The notes beneath the pieces are model-generated. The model was not told where the DNA came from. It ran no database searches and was given only the letters and a program-made list of their open reading frames with translations. A program made the position numbers and the translations under genes. Shown piece by piece: positions 1 through 9,356 of a stretch of DNA of 64,000 nt (the stretch's first letter is position 1; each line of letters begins with the position of its first letter). The stretch is from Patescibacteria group bacterium (GTDB lineage Bacteria; Patescibacteriota; Minisyncoccia; Phycocordibacterales; SBAW01): the NCBI GenBank assembly GCA_019752125.1, contig JAIEMM010000002.1, positions 67,062 through 131,061 on the forward strand, in the 5' to 3' direction.

Positions 1-491
1 CCACCGGGACAGTAGTATGAAAGCGGGCCGCTGCAGATTACATAACTTTTGTTGTTGTAACCTCCAACCAAACTCTTTGGCTGGCAGGCATTTTCGACAC
101 TATTGAACGTAACTATGGTGTAATCAGAGGCAGTGGAACTGACCTCTATCCCCCAGTCGTTTGCGCCACCATTGGCACTTGGGTCACGCGGCCAGGCAGG
201 AAGATACGTTGGGACAAAGGCTGCATTGAGCGCAGCTTGGTGTGTGGCGTCGCAGCTTGCAGAAGCGCAGTCCATCCCTGTCCATCCTCCGAAAACAGGA
301 TAATTGCCTTTATGGTCGTCAGCATAGAGCTCAAATGCTCTTTGTACTTGCCGTATAGATGTTGCCCGGTAACTGTCACGACCTTTTGAACGCGCCGAAT
401 TTAGCGATGCCAGTACAATAGCTGCCAGAAGACCAATTATCGCGATGACAACCAACAGTTCAATAAGTGTAAAACCACGCTGCCGTGTCAT
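1..491 (-). CDS. Type IV pilin / pseudopilin-like protein, 3' end runs off the window
   Basis: Not in the ORF track. Manual translation from ATG at 491: [39 protein letters not shown]..., with prepilin cleavage motif G|FTLIE; frame open to position 1; TATACT 7 nt upstream. Confidence 0.9.
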   Translation of the reverse strand, partial: MTRQRGFTLIELLVVIAIIGLLAAIVLASLNSARSKGRDSYRATSIRQVQRAFELYADDHKGNYPVFGGWTGMDCASASCDATHQAALNAAFVPTYLPAWPRDPSANGGANDWGIEVSSTASDYTIVTFNSVENACQPKSLVGGYNNKSYVICSGPLSYYCPG

Positions 492-507
492 TTACTTGAG
501 TATATCT

Positions 508-1053
508 CTATTTTGCAATGCATTGCAGATATGCTGAATACCCTTCATTGAGATACAACTTGCGCGCTGTATTCCAAGGATTAACCACATCGATGTATTG
601 GAGTGTGTTTGGGTCAGAGGTATTTTCCATCCACGCACAGAGTACGTAATGGGCGCCGTCACTTATATATGACAAAAATTTATTTTGCGCGACCGAACTA
701 CTATTTGGCCACGGCCCAGAGTCAGTATTAACAGGATCTTTTGGGACTGTGGTTGAAAACAAACCTTCAGTAATAAGCTCTGGTAGCCATCTCGACGCCG
801 CACCAGTACTCCAGTATGTCGCTGCTGAAGAATATGTTGTTGCGCTTGTAGCACCAGAGTTCGGATATGCATTGTGATTATTGTTGTAGATCTCAAGTGC
901 AGTTGAGATATTTTTCAACGCTGATTTACGCGCTGAGTCACGAGCTTTCAGACGCGCGTTTGTGAGAGCCGCCAAGACAATAGAAGCCAGTACTCCAATG
1001 ATTGCGATAGCAACCAGCAGTTCAATAAGTGTGAAGCCGCGGTGCCGATACAT
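508..1053 (-). CDS. Type IV pilin / pseudopilin-like protein
   Basis: MYRHRG|[22 protein letters not shown]-methylation motif and VPKDP motif. Start moved to ATG 1053, which has TATACT 6 nt upstream. Confidence 0.9.
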   Translation of the reverse strand: MYRHRGFTLIELLVAIAIIGVLASIVLAALTNARLKARDSARKSALKNISTALEIYNNNHNAYPNSGATSATTYSSAATYWSTGAASRWLPELITEGLFSTTVPKDPVNTDSGPWPNSSSVAQNKFLSYISDGAHYVLCAWMENTSDPNTLQYIDVVNPWNTARKLYLNEGYSAYLQCIAK

Positions 1054-1072
1054 ACGAACAGTATAAACTGAC

Positions 1073-2449
1073 TTAATTACACGATTTACTGCCTGAATTC
1101 CCGGCAATAATATCTATTTGGCATTGATATTCAGTCGCAAACTCCGCAACCTGCTGGCCGTAGAACTGGAGGCTCTTATTACTTGCATTACCACAACCTG
1201 CGAGATAACACATTGCTGCTTTAAATTCTGCTGCGGTGGTCTGTGCGTCTGCACCATTGTCGGTCAGGTAAATTGCCGCCGCCATAAACGCATCTTGAGG
1301 CGCCCAAGGGTTAGGTGGAGTATTTCCAGTACGCTTACCGATGCGATCTTTTGCTTGGTTGTATTGATACTCTGGCGCGGCATACCCTGCATAGAGGGCC
1401 CACGTTGAAGGGATAAACTGCGCCGGACCCATAGCGCCTCCATAGCCGTACCACGGCTTCTTAGATACCGGCATGGTGTTGGGGTTAAGCCCAAGGCTTG
1501 CAGTAATTGCTTGGAAGGGCACCGTGTCGCGCGGAGCCTTCATGTCGACTGTCCACGTACCATTACCAACATTCTGTCCTAAGTTTGATTCTTCGCGGAT
1601 TATTGCCAAAAGGAACGCTGGCCGAATGCCTGTCTCCTTACTTGCCTTGTTTGCATATTCAAGTGCTGTGCCGAACGGGATTGCCGCAGAACCAGTGAGT
1701 TGGAAGAGTGCTGTACGAATCTGTGCAGCTGATTTCTGATTCTGCGCGATGATTGCTTGATATGCCTTTTCCTGTCCTTTTGTGTCAGCTAGAATCTTCT
1801 GCTTTTGTGCCTGTTGAGCTTGTATTTGTTGTTGTTGAAGTTGCTGAACTTGGCGCAACTGAGTTTCTTCTTCGAGTTGTTGTTCTAGATCGGCTTTCTC
1901 TGCTTCCGTCTGAGTGCGAGTGTCTGTTATCTGCATAAACGACTCTTGGAGATGTGCGTTTATTTGGTCGAATGTTGCAAGATCAGAAAAGAACTCCGAC
2001 ACATCTTCCGACGAGAGCGCCATAATTACCAAGGACGACGTGTCGAGCTGGTTTTTCTCGCGCATGATTGCTGCCAACGACTCGAGCTCAGAATTATATT
2101 GCGAGTTAAGACCGAATATTTTGTTCTGTTTGTCCCCTATGCCTGAGGTTAGTTGTTGTATGACCAATGTGCGTGCCTGAATAGCCAACTGCGCTTGTTT
2201 TATATTAGCGTTAAGGATGCTGATATCGCGCGCGAGCGACTGTTCCTGTTTCTGCGCGCTGTCGAGAATAGCCTGTTGCTGAGAAATCTGCTTCTCTAGA
2301 TCGCTGAGCTGTGCCTGGAGTTGTGCACGGTAGCTATCAACGTTTGTTGAATCTTGTGCCTTGGTTACCGACGGCTGTTGTACCAACACTGCCGCCAAAA
2401 AACCAATCGCTATGACTGCGGTAGAAAACCGCTTCATCGTACTATCCAT
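1073..2449 (-). CDS. Secreted coiled-coil protein with C-terminal lytic transglycosylase (SLT/MltB-like) domain
   Basis: Signal peptide, long Gln-rich coiled coil (PcsB/CwlO-like), catalytic EES motif and [13 protein letters not shown] motif. Confidence 0.85.
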   Translation of the reverse strand: MDSTMKRFSTAVIAIGFLAAVLVQQPSVTKAQDSTNVDSYRAQLQAQLSDLEKQISQQQAILDSAQKQEQSLARDISILNANIKQAQLAIQARTLVIQQLTSGIGDKQNKIFGLNSQYNSELESLAAIMREKNQLDTSSLVIMALSSEDVSEFFSDLATFDQINAHLQESFMQITDTRTQTEAEKADLEQQLEEETQLRQVQQLQQQQIQAQQAQKQKILADTKGQEKAYQAIIAQNQKSAAQIRTALFQLTGSAAIPFGTALEYANKASKETGIRPAFLLAIIREESNLGQNVGNGTWTVDMKAPRDTVPFQAITASLGLNPNTMPVSKKPWYGYGGAMGPAQFIPSTWALYAGYAAPEYQYNQAKDRIGKRTGNTPPNPWAPQDAFMAAAIYLTDNGADAQTTAAEFKAAMCYLAGCGNASNKSLQFYGQQVAEFATEYQCQIDIIAGNSGSKSCN

Positions 2450-2463
2450 CTCGTAAGTGTAAC

Positions 2464-2491
2464 AAAAAAGCTGCCCCTTGGGGCAGCTTTT
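2464..2491 (-). terminator. Intrinsic terminator after rplY (possibly bidirectional)
   Basis: AAAAGCTGCCCC-TT-GGGGCAGCTTTT perfect hairpin with A/T tracts. Confidence 0.85.
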
Positions 2492-2494
2492 CTT

Positions 2495-3136
2495 TTATTC
2501 TGCGGATTCAGCAGGGGCTTCTTCCTCTTTCTTACCGCGCTCAACGCTGGTTTCAATAGCTGAAAGGTCCATAGGAGCGCTTTCTTCGACTTCATCTGAA
2601 GCAGTATCAATCATGGCAACCACCTCGTCTGTTGGAACGCTGATGATAGCACTTGCTGGAAGCTTCAAGTCTGACACTAAAATCTTACCGTCGAGAGTTG
2701 TGAGTTTTGAGATATCCACATGGATAAGGTTTGGGAGATCTTTTGGAAGCACTTCCATTTCAATCTCGTGAATAACTTTCACCAAAATACCACCAAGGTC
2801 TTTTACTGCAGGAGAAACGCCCTCAAATTCAAGCGGTACAGACACAGTAACGGTCTGACCCTTTTCAATAGCGTAAAAGTCGGCATGGAGAGGCTCACCA
2901 GAAACTGCGTGAAATTCAACGTCATGGATAAGGGCGTCTTTTTCTTCACCTAAACCCTTAAGGGTGATGACAGTTGCCGAACCTGCTGTCTTAAATAGTT
3001 TTTCAAAATCTTTACGAGACACAGAAATAGGAGTTGACTCCTCGCTGCGGCCGTATACAACCGCAGGCATAAGGCCGCCCTTGCGGATAGCCGCTGCTTT
3101 TACCTTTGTATCTCGCTTTTCTACTGCCAATTGCAT
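2495..3136 (-). CDS. rplY: 50S ribosomal protein L25/Ctc
   Basis: PAVVYG, HADFY, VPLEFEG and GGIL motifs; two-domain Ctc form with acidic tail. Confidence 0.95.
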   Translation of the reverse strand: MQLAVEKRDTKVKAAAIRKGGLMPAVVYGRSEESTPISVSRKDFEKLFKTAGSATVITLKGLGEEKDALIHDVEFHAVSGEPLHADFYAIEKGQTVTVSVPLEFEGVSPAVKDLGGILVKVIHEIEMEVLPKDLPNLIHVDISKLTTLDGKILVSDLKLPASAIISVPTDEVVAMIDTASDEVEESAPMDLSAIETSVERGKKEEEAPAESAE

Positions 3137-3187
3137 GTGGAGACATCCTACCCCAAGAAGGCACGGGAATCAAGTATTTGAGGCTAT

Positions 3188-4045
3188 TTACTGCCCCGCG
3201 AACAGGCGCATCTTCTGCACCACGTATGCTTTTGTAGCCTCAACAGAAGGAGTAAGGAATTTGTATGGCGTAGTTTCAGTCCCCTCATCCAGCGTCTTTT
3301 TAAGAGTGTCGTGATAGATAACACGGAGGTCAGTATTGATATGGATCATTGCAACACCTGCGTGTACTGCCTGTTTGAATTCCTCGTCTGTTGAACCTGA
3401 GCCGCCGTGTAAAACCAGAGGTACGCCAGCTGCCGTATTCAAAGCTGCGATACGTTCAATAGAAAGTTTTGGTTGGCCGGAGAGTACGATGCCGTGAATG
3501 TTGCCGACAGCTGGTGCAACTAAGTCTATGCCTGTCTCTTCAACAAGCTTTCGGAGATCTTCTGGTTTAGTCATCATGTCTTCGGTAATCGCAGCACCTT
3601 CAGGGAGAGACTGCATCACGTTAGATGATGTGCCTATGTACCCAAGCTCACCTTCTACCAACACCTCACGGCCGCTTGCGCGTGCGCATTGTACAGACGC
3701 TGAAAGTAAGTGAGAATTTTCTTCAAATGGGAGTTTTGCTCCATCAACAACAACTGAATCTACGCCATCCGCTATCGCCTGCTGCACTTTTTCAACACTG
3801 TAGGTGTGGTCAGCGTTCAGGTACATCTGAATTCCCTGTTCGTTATAAAAATTAACAAGCGCACGAGCCTGTGGTATGGAGAAAAATTCGCGCTCGCCTT
3901 CAGAGAGACCGACGACGACAGGCAACCCCGTTTCTTTAGCAGCTGCAGCTATAGCCTGCAGTTGATTTGAGTCTGAAAAATTAAAATGCCCAAGCGCCCT
4001 TCCTGCCTTTCTGTATTCAGAAATAACTTCTTTCAAGGTTTGCAT
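3188..4045 (-). CDS. fba: Class II fructose-bisphosphate aldolase
   Basis: ADH, VEGELG, AVGNIHG, LVLHGGSG and INTDLR motifs. Confidence 0.92.
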   Translation of the reverse strand: MQTLKEVISEYRKAGRALGHFNFSDSNQLQAIAAAAKETGLPVVVGLSEGEREFFSIPQARALVNFYNEQGIQMYLNADHTYSVEKVQQAIADGVDSVVVDGAKLPFEENSHLLSASVQCARASGREVLVEGELGYIGTSSNVMQSLPEGAAITEDMMTKPEDLRKLVEETGIDLVAPAVGNIHGIVLSGQPKLSIERIAALNTAAGVPLVLHGGSGSTDEEFKQAVHAGVAMIHINTDLRVIYHDTLKKTLDEGTETTPYKFLTPSVEATKAYVVQKMRLFAGQ

Positions 4046-4077
4046 AGCTTCTATTATATATGAGATATAATCACTCT
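4046..4077. promoter_or_regulatory. Back-to-back divergent -10 elements (fba / pfkB-family kinase)
   Basis: TATAAT on - strand (4053-4058) 7 nt before the fba ATG; TATAAT on + strand (4066-4071) 6 nt before ATG 4078. Confidence 0.65.
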
Positions 4078-5079
4078 ATGGACAGCTCTATCGACTTCTT
4101 TGCTATTGGCGACATTGTCACTGAGCCATTTATCCGCCTCAAGGAAGCGCGAGTTCATTGCAACATAAACGACGAGTCATGTGAGATCTGCATGCGCTGG
4201 GGTGACAAAATTCCCTACGACTATTTTGTGCTTATTCCGGCTGTTGGTAACGCTGCAAACGCAGCAGTCTCAGCGGCGCGGCTTGGGCTGGGGACAACGC
4301 TGCGGGCCTATATCGGCGAAGACAGGTACGGCGAAGACTGTCTTGCGGTACTTAAAAAAGAAGGCGTTGATATTTCATTCATGGTTAAGGACCCGACACG
4401 TCCAAGCAACTACCACTATGTATTGTGGTATGAAACTGAGCGCACAATTTTGGTAAAGCATGAACATTACGACTATCGTCTTCCGGAAATTCCAACTAAC
4501 ACACGATGGCTGTATCTTTCCTCACTCGCTGACAACTCACAAGCCTATCACGAACAGATTGCTCAGTGGCTTATACAGCACCCAGAAACCAAACTTGCCT
4601 TCCAGCCCGGCACATTCCAAATGAAACTAGGCGTGGAAGCTCTCAAAGATATCTACGCGCGCACAGAACTATTTGTATGCAATAAACAAGAAGCGGAGCG
4701 AATACTAAAACTCGAACCCACAGACAATAAAAAAGATTTACTGGATGGACTGCACGCGCTCGGTCCAAAACTTGTGATTATTACCGATGACCGTAAAGGC
4801 GCGTATGCAAGAGACGAACAGGGTGGATATTGGTATGTACCAATGTACCCCGACGCACGAGCACCGTTTGAACGTACAGGCGCAGGCGACGCCTTTGCCT
4901 CTACTGTCGCTGCCGCACTAGCGCTTGGAAAACCATTCCAGGAAGCGCTTCTGTGGGGGCCAATAAATGCAATGTCTGTCGTACAAGAAGTGGGTGCACA
5001 AAAAGGTTTATTAAACCGAGAAAAACTTGAAGAATATCTCCGTACTGCTCCACCTGAATATAAACTGACAAACCTCTAG
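4078..5079 (+). CDS. PfkB/ribokinase-family carbohydrate kinase
   Basis: GNAANAA motif and C-terminal ERTGAGDAF PfkB signature. Start set at ATG 4078. Confidence 0.9.
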   Translation: MDSSIDFFAIGDIVTEPFIRLKEARVHCNINDESCEICMRWGDKIPYDYFVLIPAVGNAANAAVSAARLGLGTTLRAYIGEDRYGEDCLAVLKKEGVDISFMVKDPTRPSNYHYVLWYETERTILVKHEHYDYRLPEIPTNTRWLYLSSLADNSQAYHEQIAQWLIQHPETKLAFQPGTFQMKLGVEALKDIYARTELFVCNKQEAERILKLEPTDNKKDLLDGLHALGPKLVIITDDRKGAYARDEQGGYWYVPMYPDARAPFERTGAGDAFASTVAAALALGKPFQEALLWGPINAMSVVQEVGAQKGLLNREKLEEYLRTAPPEYKLTNL

Positions 5080-5080
5080 T

Positions 5081-5272
5081 CTATTTGTCTGGCAACGTTG
5101 TACGTTGCACGAGCGCAGTAGCAAATGCCTCTGCAATCGGGTTTTTCCCAAAGGCAGTATTGTACACGATCAAAAATGCGCCAAGAGAAAAACTTCCCAC
5201 AAACATCAAGCTAATGACGGGGTTAACCCATGAGCGGAAAATATCGGCTTTTCGTTGAGTCAGTTCAAACAT
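5081..5272 (-). CDS. Small hypothetical membrane protein (63 aa)
   Basis: One hydrophobic segment; fills the gap 10 nt after the tkt C-subunit gene. Confidence 0.6.
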   Translation of the reverse strand: MFELTQRKADIFRSWVNPVISLMFVGSFSLGAFLIVYNTAFGKNPIAEAFATALVQRTTLPDK

Positions 5273-5282
5273 AAAAAAATAA

Positions 5283-6272
5283 TTATGTTAATTTGCGAGC
5301 GAATACAGTCCGTATCGCAGCTTGTATGCTTTCGACATCGAGCTTGTACTCTCTCCATAATTCCGCACCTCCCCCGGATTGTCCAAACCGGTCGTGCACA
5401 CCTATAAACTCCATCGGGACTGAATAATTCTGCGCGAGCACTTCTGCGACAGCGCTTCCCAAACCTCCTGCCACTTGATGCTCCTCTACAGTTACGACAG
5501 CACCCGCTTGTTTTGCAAAAGAAACTACAGCAGCCTCATCGAGAGGTTTGATAGTGTGTAGGTTTATAACGGTTACAGAAATTTCACTTGCAAGCGCCTG
5601 TGCAGCCAAAAGTGCGTTGTGTGCAAGTGGGCCAGTTACAAATACGGCAACTTGGGGGTTAGTACCTTGCCAGAGTTCCATCGCTTTCCCTATTTGAAAC
5701 GGAGTATCTGGAGTCGTAATCACCGGCGTCTTTTCCCGTGCGAGGCGGATATATACAGGCCCAGGGTGTGCTGCGGCGGCCAATGTTGCCTTGCGCGCTT
5801 CTTCTGCATCGCACGGCGAGATCACAGTCATATTGGGCTGTACTCGCATAAGCGCGATATCTTCAAGGGCTTGGTGTGTTGCACCATCTGGACCAACAGA
5901 GAGACCTGCGTGTGAGCCAACGATTTTTACTGGCACATTATTGAGAGAAATAGTCGTGCGAATTTGTTCGTTATTGCGACCCGGAGAGAACGCCGCGTAC
6001 GATGCGATAAATGGAATCTTCCCATAGTTTGCCAACCCCGATGCTATAGTTGCCAGATTTTGCTCTGCAACACCAACTTGTATAAACCGCTCAGGATATT
6101 TTTCCTTAAACGCGAGCATGCGCGTAGATTCTGACAAGTCTGCACACAGCGCCACAACACGTGGATCTTTTTCTCCAAGTTCTAGGAGGCCCCTACCAAA
6201 CCCATCACGCGTTGGCGCGAACGTAGGTTTACTTAAAAGTTCAGGAGCAAGCTTCTGTGCAGGAGAAAGCAT
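5283..6272 (-). CDS. tkt: Transketolase, C-terminal (pyrimidine-binding) subunit
   Basis: ADLSEST, GVAEQN, GPDGATHQALED and VTVEEH motifs. Confidence 0.93.
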   Translation of the reverse strand: MLSPAQKLAPELLSKPTFAPTRDGFGRGLLELGEKDPRVVALCADLSESTRMLAFKEKYPERFIQVGVAEQNLATIASGLANYGKIPFIASYAAFSPGRNNEQIRTTISLNNVPVKIVGSHAGLSVGPDGATHQALEDIALMRVQPNMTVISPCDAEEARKATLAAAAHPGPVYIRLAREKTPVITTPDTPFQIGKAMELWQGTNPQVAVFVTGPLAHNALLAAQALASEISVTVINLHTIKPLDEAAVVSFAKQAGAVVTVEEHQVAGGLGSAVAEVLAQNYSVPMEFIGVHDRFGQSGGGAELWREYKLDVESIQAAIRTVFARKLT

Positions 6273-6288
6273 ATCTTTTTAGTATAAC

Positions 6289-6822
6289 TCACCAGCACTG
6301 TGCACCAGGTGTGTAGAGTGCAAAGTCGTTCTCGTAGACAGTATTGTTATTGCAAGGGGCAAGAGACCCGCTGTAGAAAGGCCGCTTCATAGGATTGTTG
6401 CTTGACGTATATGTTTCTACCGTAGCGTACGATATGAGTATGTAATCGGTGCCGTTCGACGTATATATGTATGCATTCCCATAACTTGTGGCACATGTTG
6501 AGCCTCCTTTTGGATCAACTGGCAATGTCCCTATATATGTCGGGGCCAAATTCGGTATATAGCCGTTAGCGCCACTTGTGGTTTTTTGGCCTACGCTACT
6601 ATCAGCACAGATACTCGCCCACCCACTCGCAGGATAGAGGCCGTTATGGTCAGATGCGTACAACTCGAGAGCTTTTTGAAGCTCCTTCAATGTTACCAAG
6701 CGAGTCGCGTCGCGAGCCTTTGCTCTGGCACTATTGAGCGACGTAAGTACGATCGATGCCAAGAGACCGATAATTGAAATCACGACGAGAAGTTCTATCA
6801 ATGTAAACCCTCGCGCTTTCAT
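6289..6822 (-). CDS. Type IV pilin / pseudopilin-like protein
   Basis: MKARG|[21 protein letters not shown] motif and LPVDP motif; four Cys in the globular domain. Start set at ATG 6822. Confidence 0.9.
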   Translation of the reverse strand: MKARGFTLIELLVVISIIGLLASIVLTSLNSARAKARDATRLVTLKELQKALELYASDHNGLYPASGWASICADSSVGQKTTSGANGYIPNLAPTYIGTLPVDPKGGSTCATSYGNAYIYTSNGTDYILISYATVETYTSSNNPMKRPFYSGSLAPCNNNTVYENDFALYTPGAQCW

Positions 6823-6833
6823 TTTTAAATTGT

Positions 6834-7367
6834 TTACCCAAGCATAAACCACGCAGTCAGGCCTAGACACACAACAATGATGCCGATGAGTACCATGTTG
6901 GCCTGCTGCTGCGTTTTGACTAATCCAGTTTTCATCACCATACCAATAAGACCGGTCTGAGTCACAACAGGACTTTGTGTGGATCCAATGGAAATCGTTA
7001 CACCTCCTTGTGAAGGGGTTTGTGGATTAAGAGCCTCTGCCTCTTTGCGACGCTTTGTCATTTCAGCTAAGAACGCATCGTTTGGATTAGCTGCAGCTGC
7101 GGTTTGCGTAAGTGGTTTTGTCTGCGTTACCACAGGAGCTGCAGATGCCGGAGGTATAACAATCGCTACGGGTTGCATTTGGGCTGGCACTGGGGCTGGA
7201 GTCGGAGGAGCGACAGGCGCTACCGGGGCCGGGTGTTCAAGTTCCATAAATGCAGCAGAGATATCTATAGCCGACCACCCCGCACTTGAGAGCGACCGTA
7301 TAACAGCCTCTTTAGAAAACTTCGAGAGATTCTCCTGGATGTATGCCGTGAGTTGTGGATTTGCCAT
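6834..7367 (-). CDS. Hypothetical protein with small N-terminal helical domain, Pro/Ala linker and C-terminal TM anchor
   Basis: LTAYI...L..AGW...I..AF N-terminus; low-complexity linker; hydrophobic C-terminus. Confidence 0.75.
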   Translation of the reverse strand: MANPQLTAYIQENLSKFSKEAVIRSLSSAGWSAIDISAAFMELEHPAPVAPVAPPTPAPVPAQMQPVAIVIPPASAAPVVTQTKPLTQTAAAANPNDAFLAEMTKRRKEAEALNPQTPSQGGVTISIGSTQSPVVTQTGLIGMVMKTGLVKTQQQANMVLIGIIVVCLGLTAWFMLG

Positions 7368-7376
7368 AAATATATG

Positions 7377-8234
7377 TTACTCGTGTTCGCTTGTTATCGC
7401 ACCCTTCAATGTTCTCAATTCTTTCAAAAACTTTTGCCCCTCTTCCTGCGTCGGCGGCTTACCGTGCCACGTATAGTCAAATTCTATCTCCTTAATCCCC
7501 TTACCTGGAATGGTATGTGCCAAGATAAGCGTCGGCCTCTCAAATATTGCTTTTGCTTGCTCAACTGCGTTGATAAATTCACGCATATTATGCCCATCAA
7601 CTTCAATAACGTGCCAGTTGAAAGCCTCGTACTTGGCACGCACATTTTCCAATGGCATCACATGTTCTGTCATGCCATCTATCTGGATATTATTACGATC
7701 CATAACAGCAGTGAGATTTGAAAGTTTGTTGTTGCCTGCAAACATAGCAGCCTCCCATATATTTCCTGCATCCTGTTCACCATCGCTCATAATGCAGTAG
7801 ACACGAAAATTTTTATTATCCATTCGTGCGCCATACGCATACCCCGCCGCCTGCGACAATCCTGAACCTAGTGGCCCTGAGGTGCTTTCAAGGCCCGGCA
7901 AGCGCATACGCTCCGGGTGGCCTTGAAGGCGTGAGCCAAATTTACGCAGTGTTAAGCATTCTTCAATTGGAAAATACCCAGCATGTGCCATGGCAGCATA
8001 GCGTACGGGTACAATGTGGCCATTTGAAAGGAAGAGTCTGTCACGTTCCTCCCAGTCTGGATGTTTTGGATCCTGTCTAAGGATATGGAAATAGAATGCG
8101 GTAAAAATATCAGCCATCCCTAAGGGGCCAGCTGTGTGGCCAGAACCTGCAGCCATAAGCATTTCAATAATGGTCTCGCGGATAGCCTCCGCTGTACGTT
8201 CTAGCTCTTTTACTTTTCCTTCCGTAAGCACCAT
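7377..8234 (-). CDS. tkt: Transketolase, N-terminal (ThDP-binding) subunit
   Basis: GSGH, DRLFLSNGH, LQGHP, GPLGSG and SDGE...N ThDP motifs. Confidence 0.93.
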   Translation of the reverse strand: MVLTEGKVKELERTAEAIRETIIEMLMAAGSGHTAGPLGMADIFTAFYFHILRQDPKHPDWEERDRLFLSNGHIVPVRYAAMAHAGYFPIEECLTLRKFGSRLQGHPERMRLPGLESTSGPLGSGLSQAAGYAYGARMDNKNFRVYCIMSDGEQDAGNIWEAAMFAGNNKLSNLTAVMDRNNIQIDGMTEHVMPLENVRAKYEAFNWHVIEVDGHNMREFINAVEQAKAIFERPTLILAHTIPGKGIKEIEFDYTWHGKPPTQEEGQKFLKELRTLKGAITSEHE

Positions 8235-8257
8235 AGCTATAGCAAAGTATACGTTAC

Positions 8258-8893
8258 TTATTCTATTTCTTTTTGCAGTTGCTCAAATGCGCGAGCCGGG
8301 TCTTCTGCTTTAGTAATTCCTGAACCAATGACAAGTCGTGTCGCGCCAGCCTCTGCAACTTCGCGTGGGTGCGCGGCAACTCCACCATCACATTGCAATG
8401 GAAGGTTTGGATACAACACACGAAGAGTCTTTAAAAGTTCGAGCTCTTTATGGTGCGGGTCGGGCGGCTGACCCTGCACACCTATCGTGTCTATACCCAT
8501 AACCTGTACGTAGTCGTACAAACCTTCAAACAGTGCGAGCACTGAAGGTTCGTCATGTGCACGTAGTGCAACTCCCGCCTCCACCGCATAACTGCCGCCG
8601 CGCAAATGCTGCATACTCTCCAACGCCTCTTTTGCACTTTCCCCATCCGCGTGGATGACAATGCGCGACGCACCAAGTGCGACACATTTTTCTATATGTG
8701 CCTCAGGGTCGGGCAGCATAATGTCAAATTCAAAATCAAAATGTTCCCACAGAGGCATTACTGTTTCGTCCGCGAGAATATTTTCCCCAACGAGGTCAAT
8801 CTGCACCATAGGCGCCACATCACGCAATCGCACAAGCGCCATCTCGAGCTCATCTACACTCTTTGGAAGTATTGCGGGAATTATTTCAATCAT
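8258..8893 (-). CDS. rpe: Ribulose-phosphate 3-epimerase (divergent)
   Basis: IIPAIL start, VQVMG..G.QGQ, DGGV and GSGI motifs; pentose-phosphate gene context. Confidence 0.8.
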   Translation of the reverse strand: MIEIIPAILPKSVDELEMALVRLRDVAPMVQIDLVGENILADETVMPLWEHFDFEFDIMLPDPEAHIEKCVALGASRIVIHADGESAKEALESMQHLRGGSYAVEAGVALRAHDEPSVLALFEGLYDYVQVMGIDTIGVQGQPPDPHHKELELLKTLRVLYPNLPLQCDGGVAAHPREVAEAGATRLVIGSGITKAEDPARAFEQLQKEIE

Positions 8894-9353
8894 GATTCGA
8901 TGTACTCACCACAAGTTGGTCTAATTTAGCAATGCGGCGAATATGACGCTCTTCATTCGAAAACGGTGTGGTTAAAAAAAGTTCTACAGCCATCTTTGCA
9001 CCCTCTTCATTCACAAACCGTGCACCAAACGAAAGAATATTTGCATCATTATGTTTGCGCGTGGTTGGCACAATAGATACATCTCCCCCGTAATATACAG
9101 CCGCACGAACTCCCTTAACACGGTTGGCTGCGATGACCTCACCTTGTCCCGAGCCCCCTATCACGATGCCGAAACTGCCTTTATTTTGAGCCACTTTCTG
9201 AGCACACGGCATAATAAAGTCTGGGTAGTCATCGTCTTCCTTATATATAGAAGTTCCGCAGTCTTCGACTTCATGCCCCAACTCCTTCAAAAAAGGAATG
9301 AGGGTATTTTTTAATTCGAATCCTGCGTGATCAGAAGCTATATATATCTGCAT
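8886..9353 (-). CDS. rpiB: Ribose-5-phosphate isomerase B
   Basis: ASDHAG, DDYPD, GGSGQGE, ANRVKGVR, HNDAN and RH.RR motifs. Confidence 0.95.
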   Translation of the reverse strand: MQIYIASDHAGFELKNTLIPFLKELGHEVEDCGTSIYKEDDDYPDFIMPCAQKVAQNKGSFGIVIGGSGQGEVIAANRVKGVRAAVYYGGDVSIVPTTRKHNDANILSFGARFVNEEGAKMAVELFLTTPFSNEERHIRRIAKLDQLVVSTSNHD

Positions 9354-9356
9354 ATA

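Noticed and set aside
146-379. 77-aa minus-strand ORF in the track
   Set aside because: Out-of-frame shadow of the pilin gene at 1-491.
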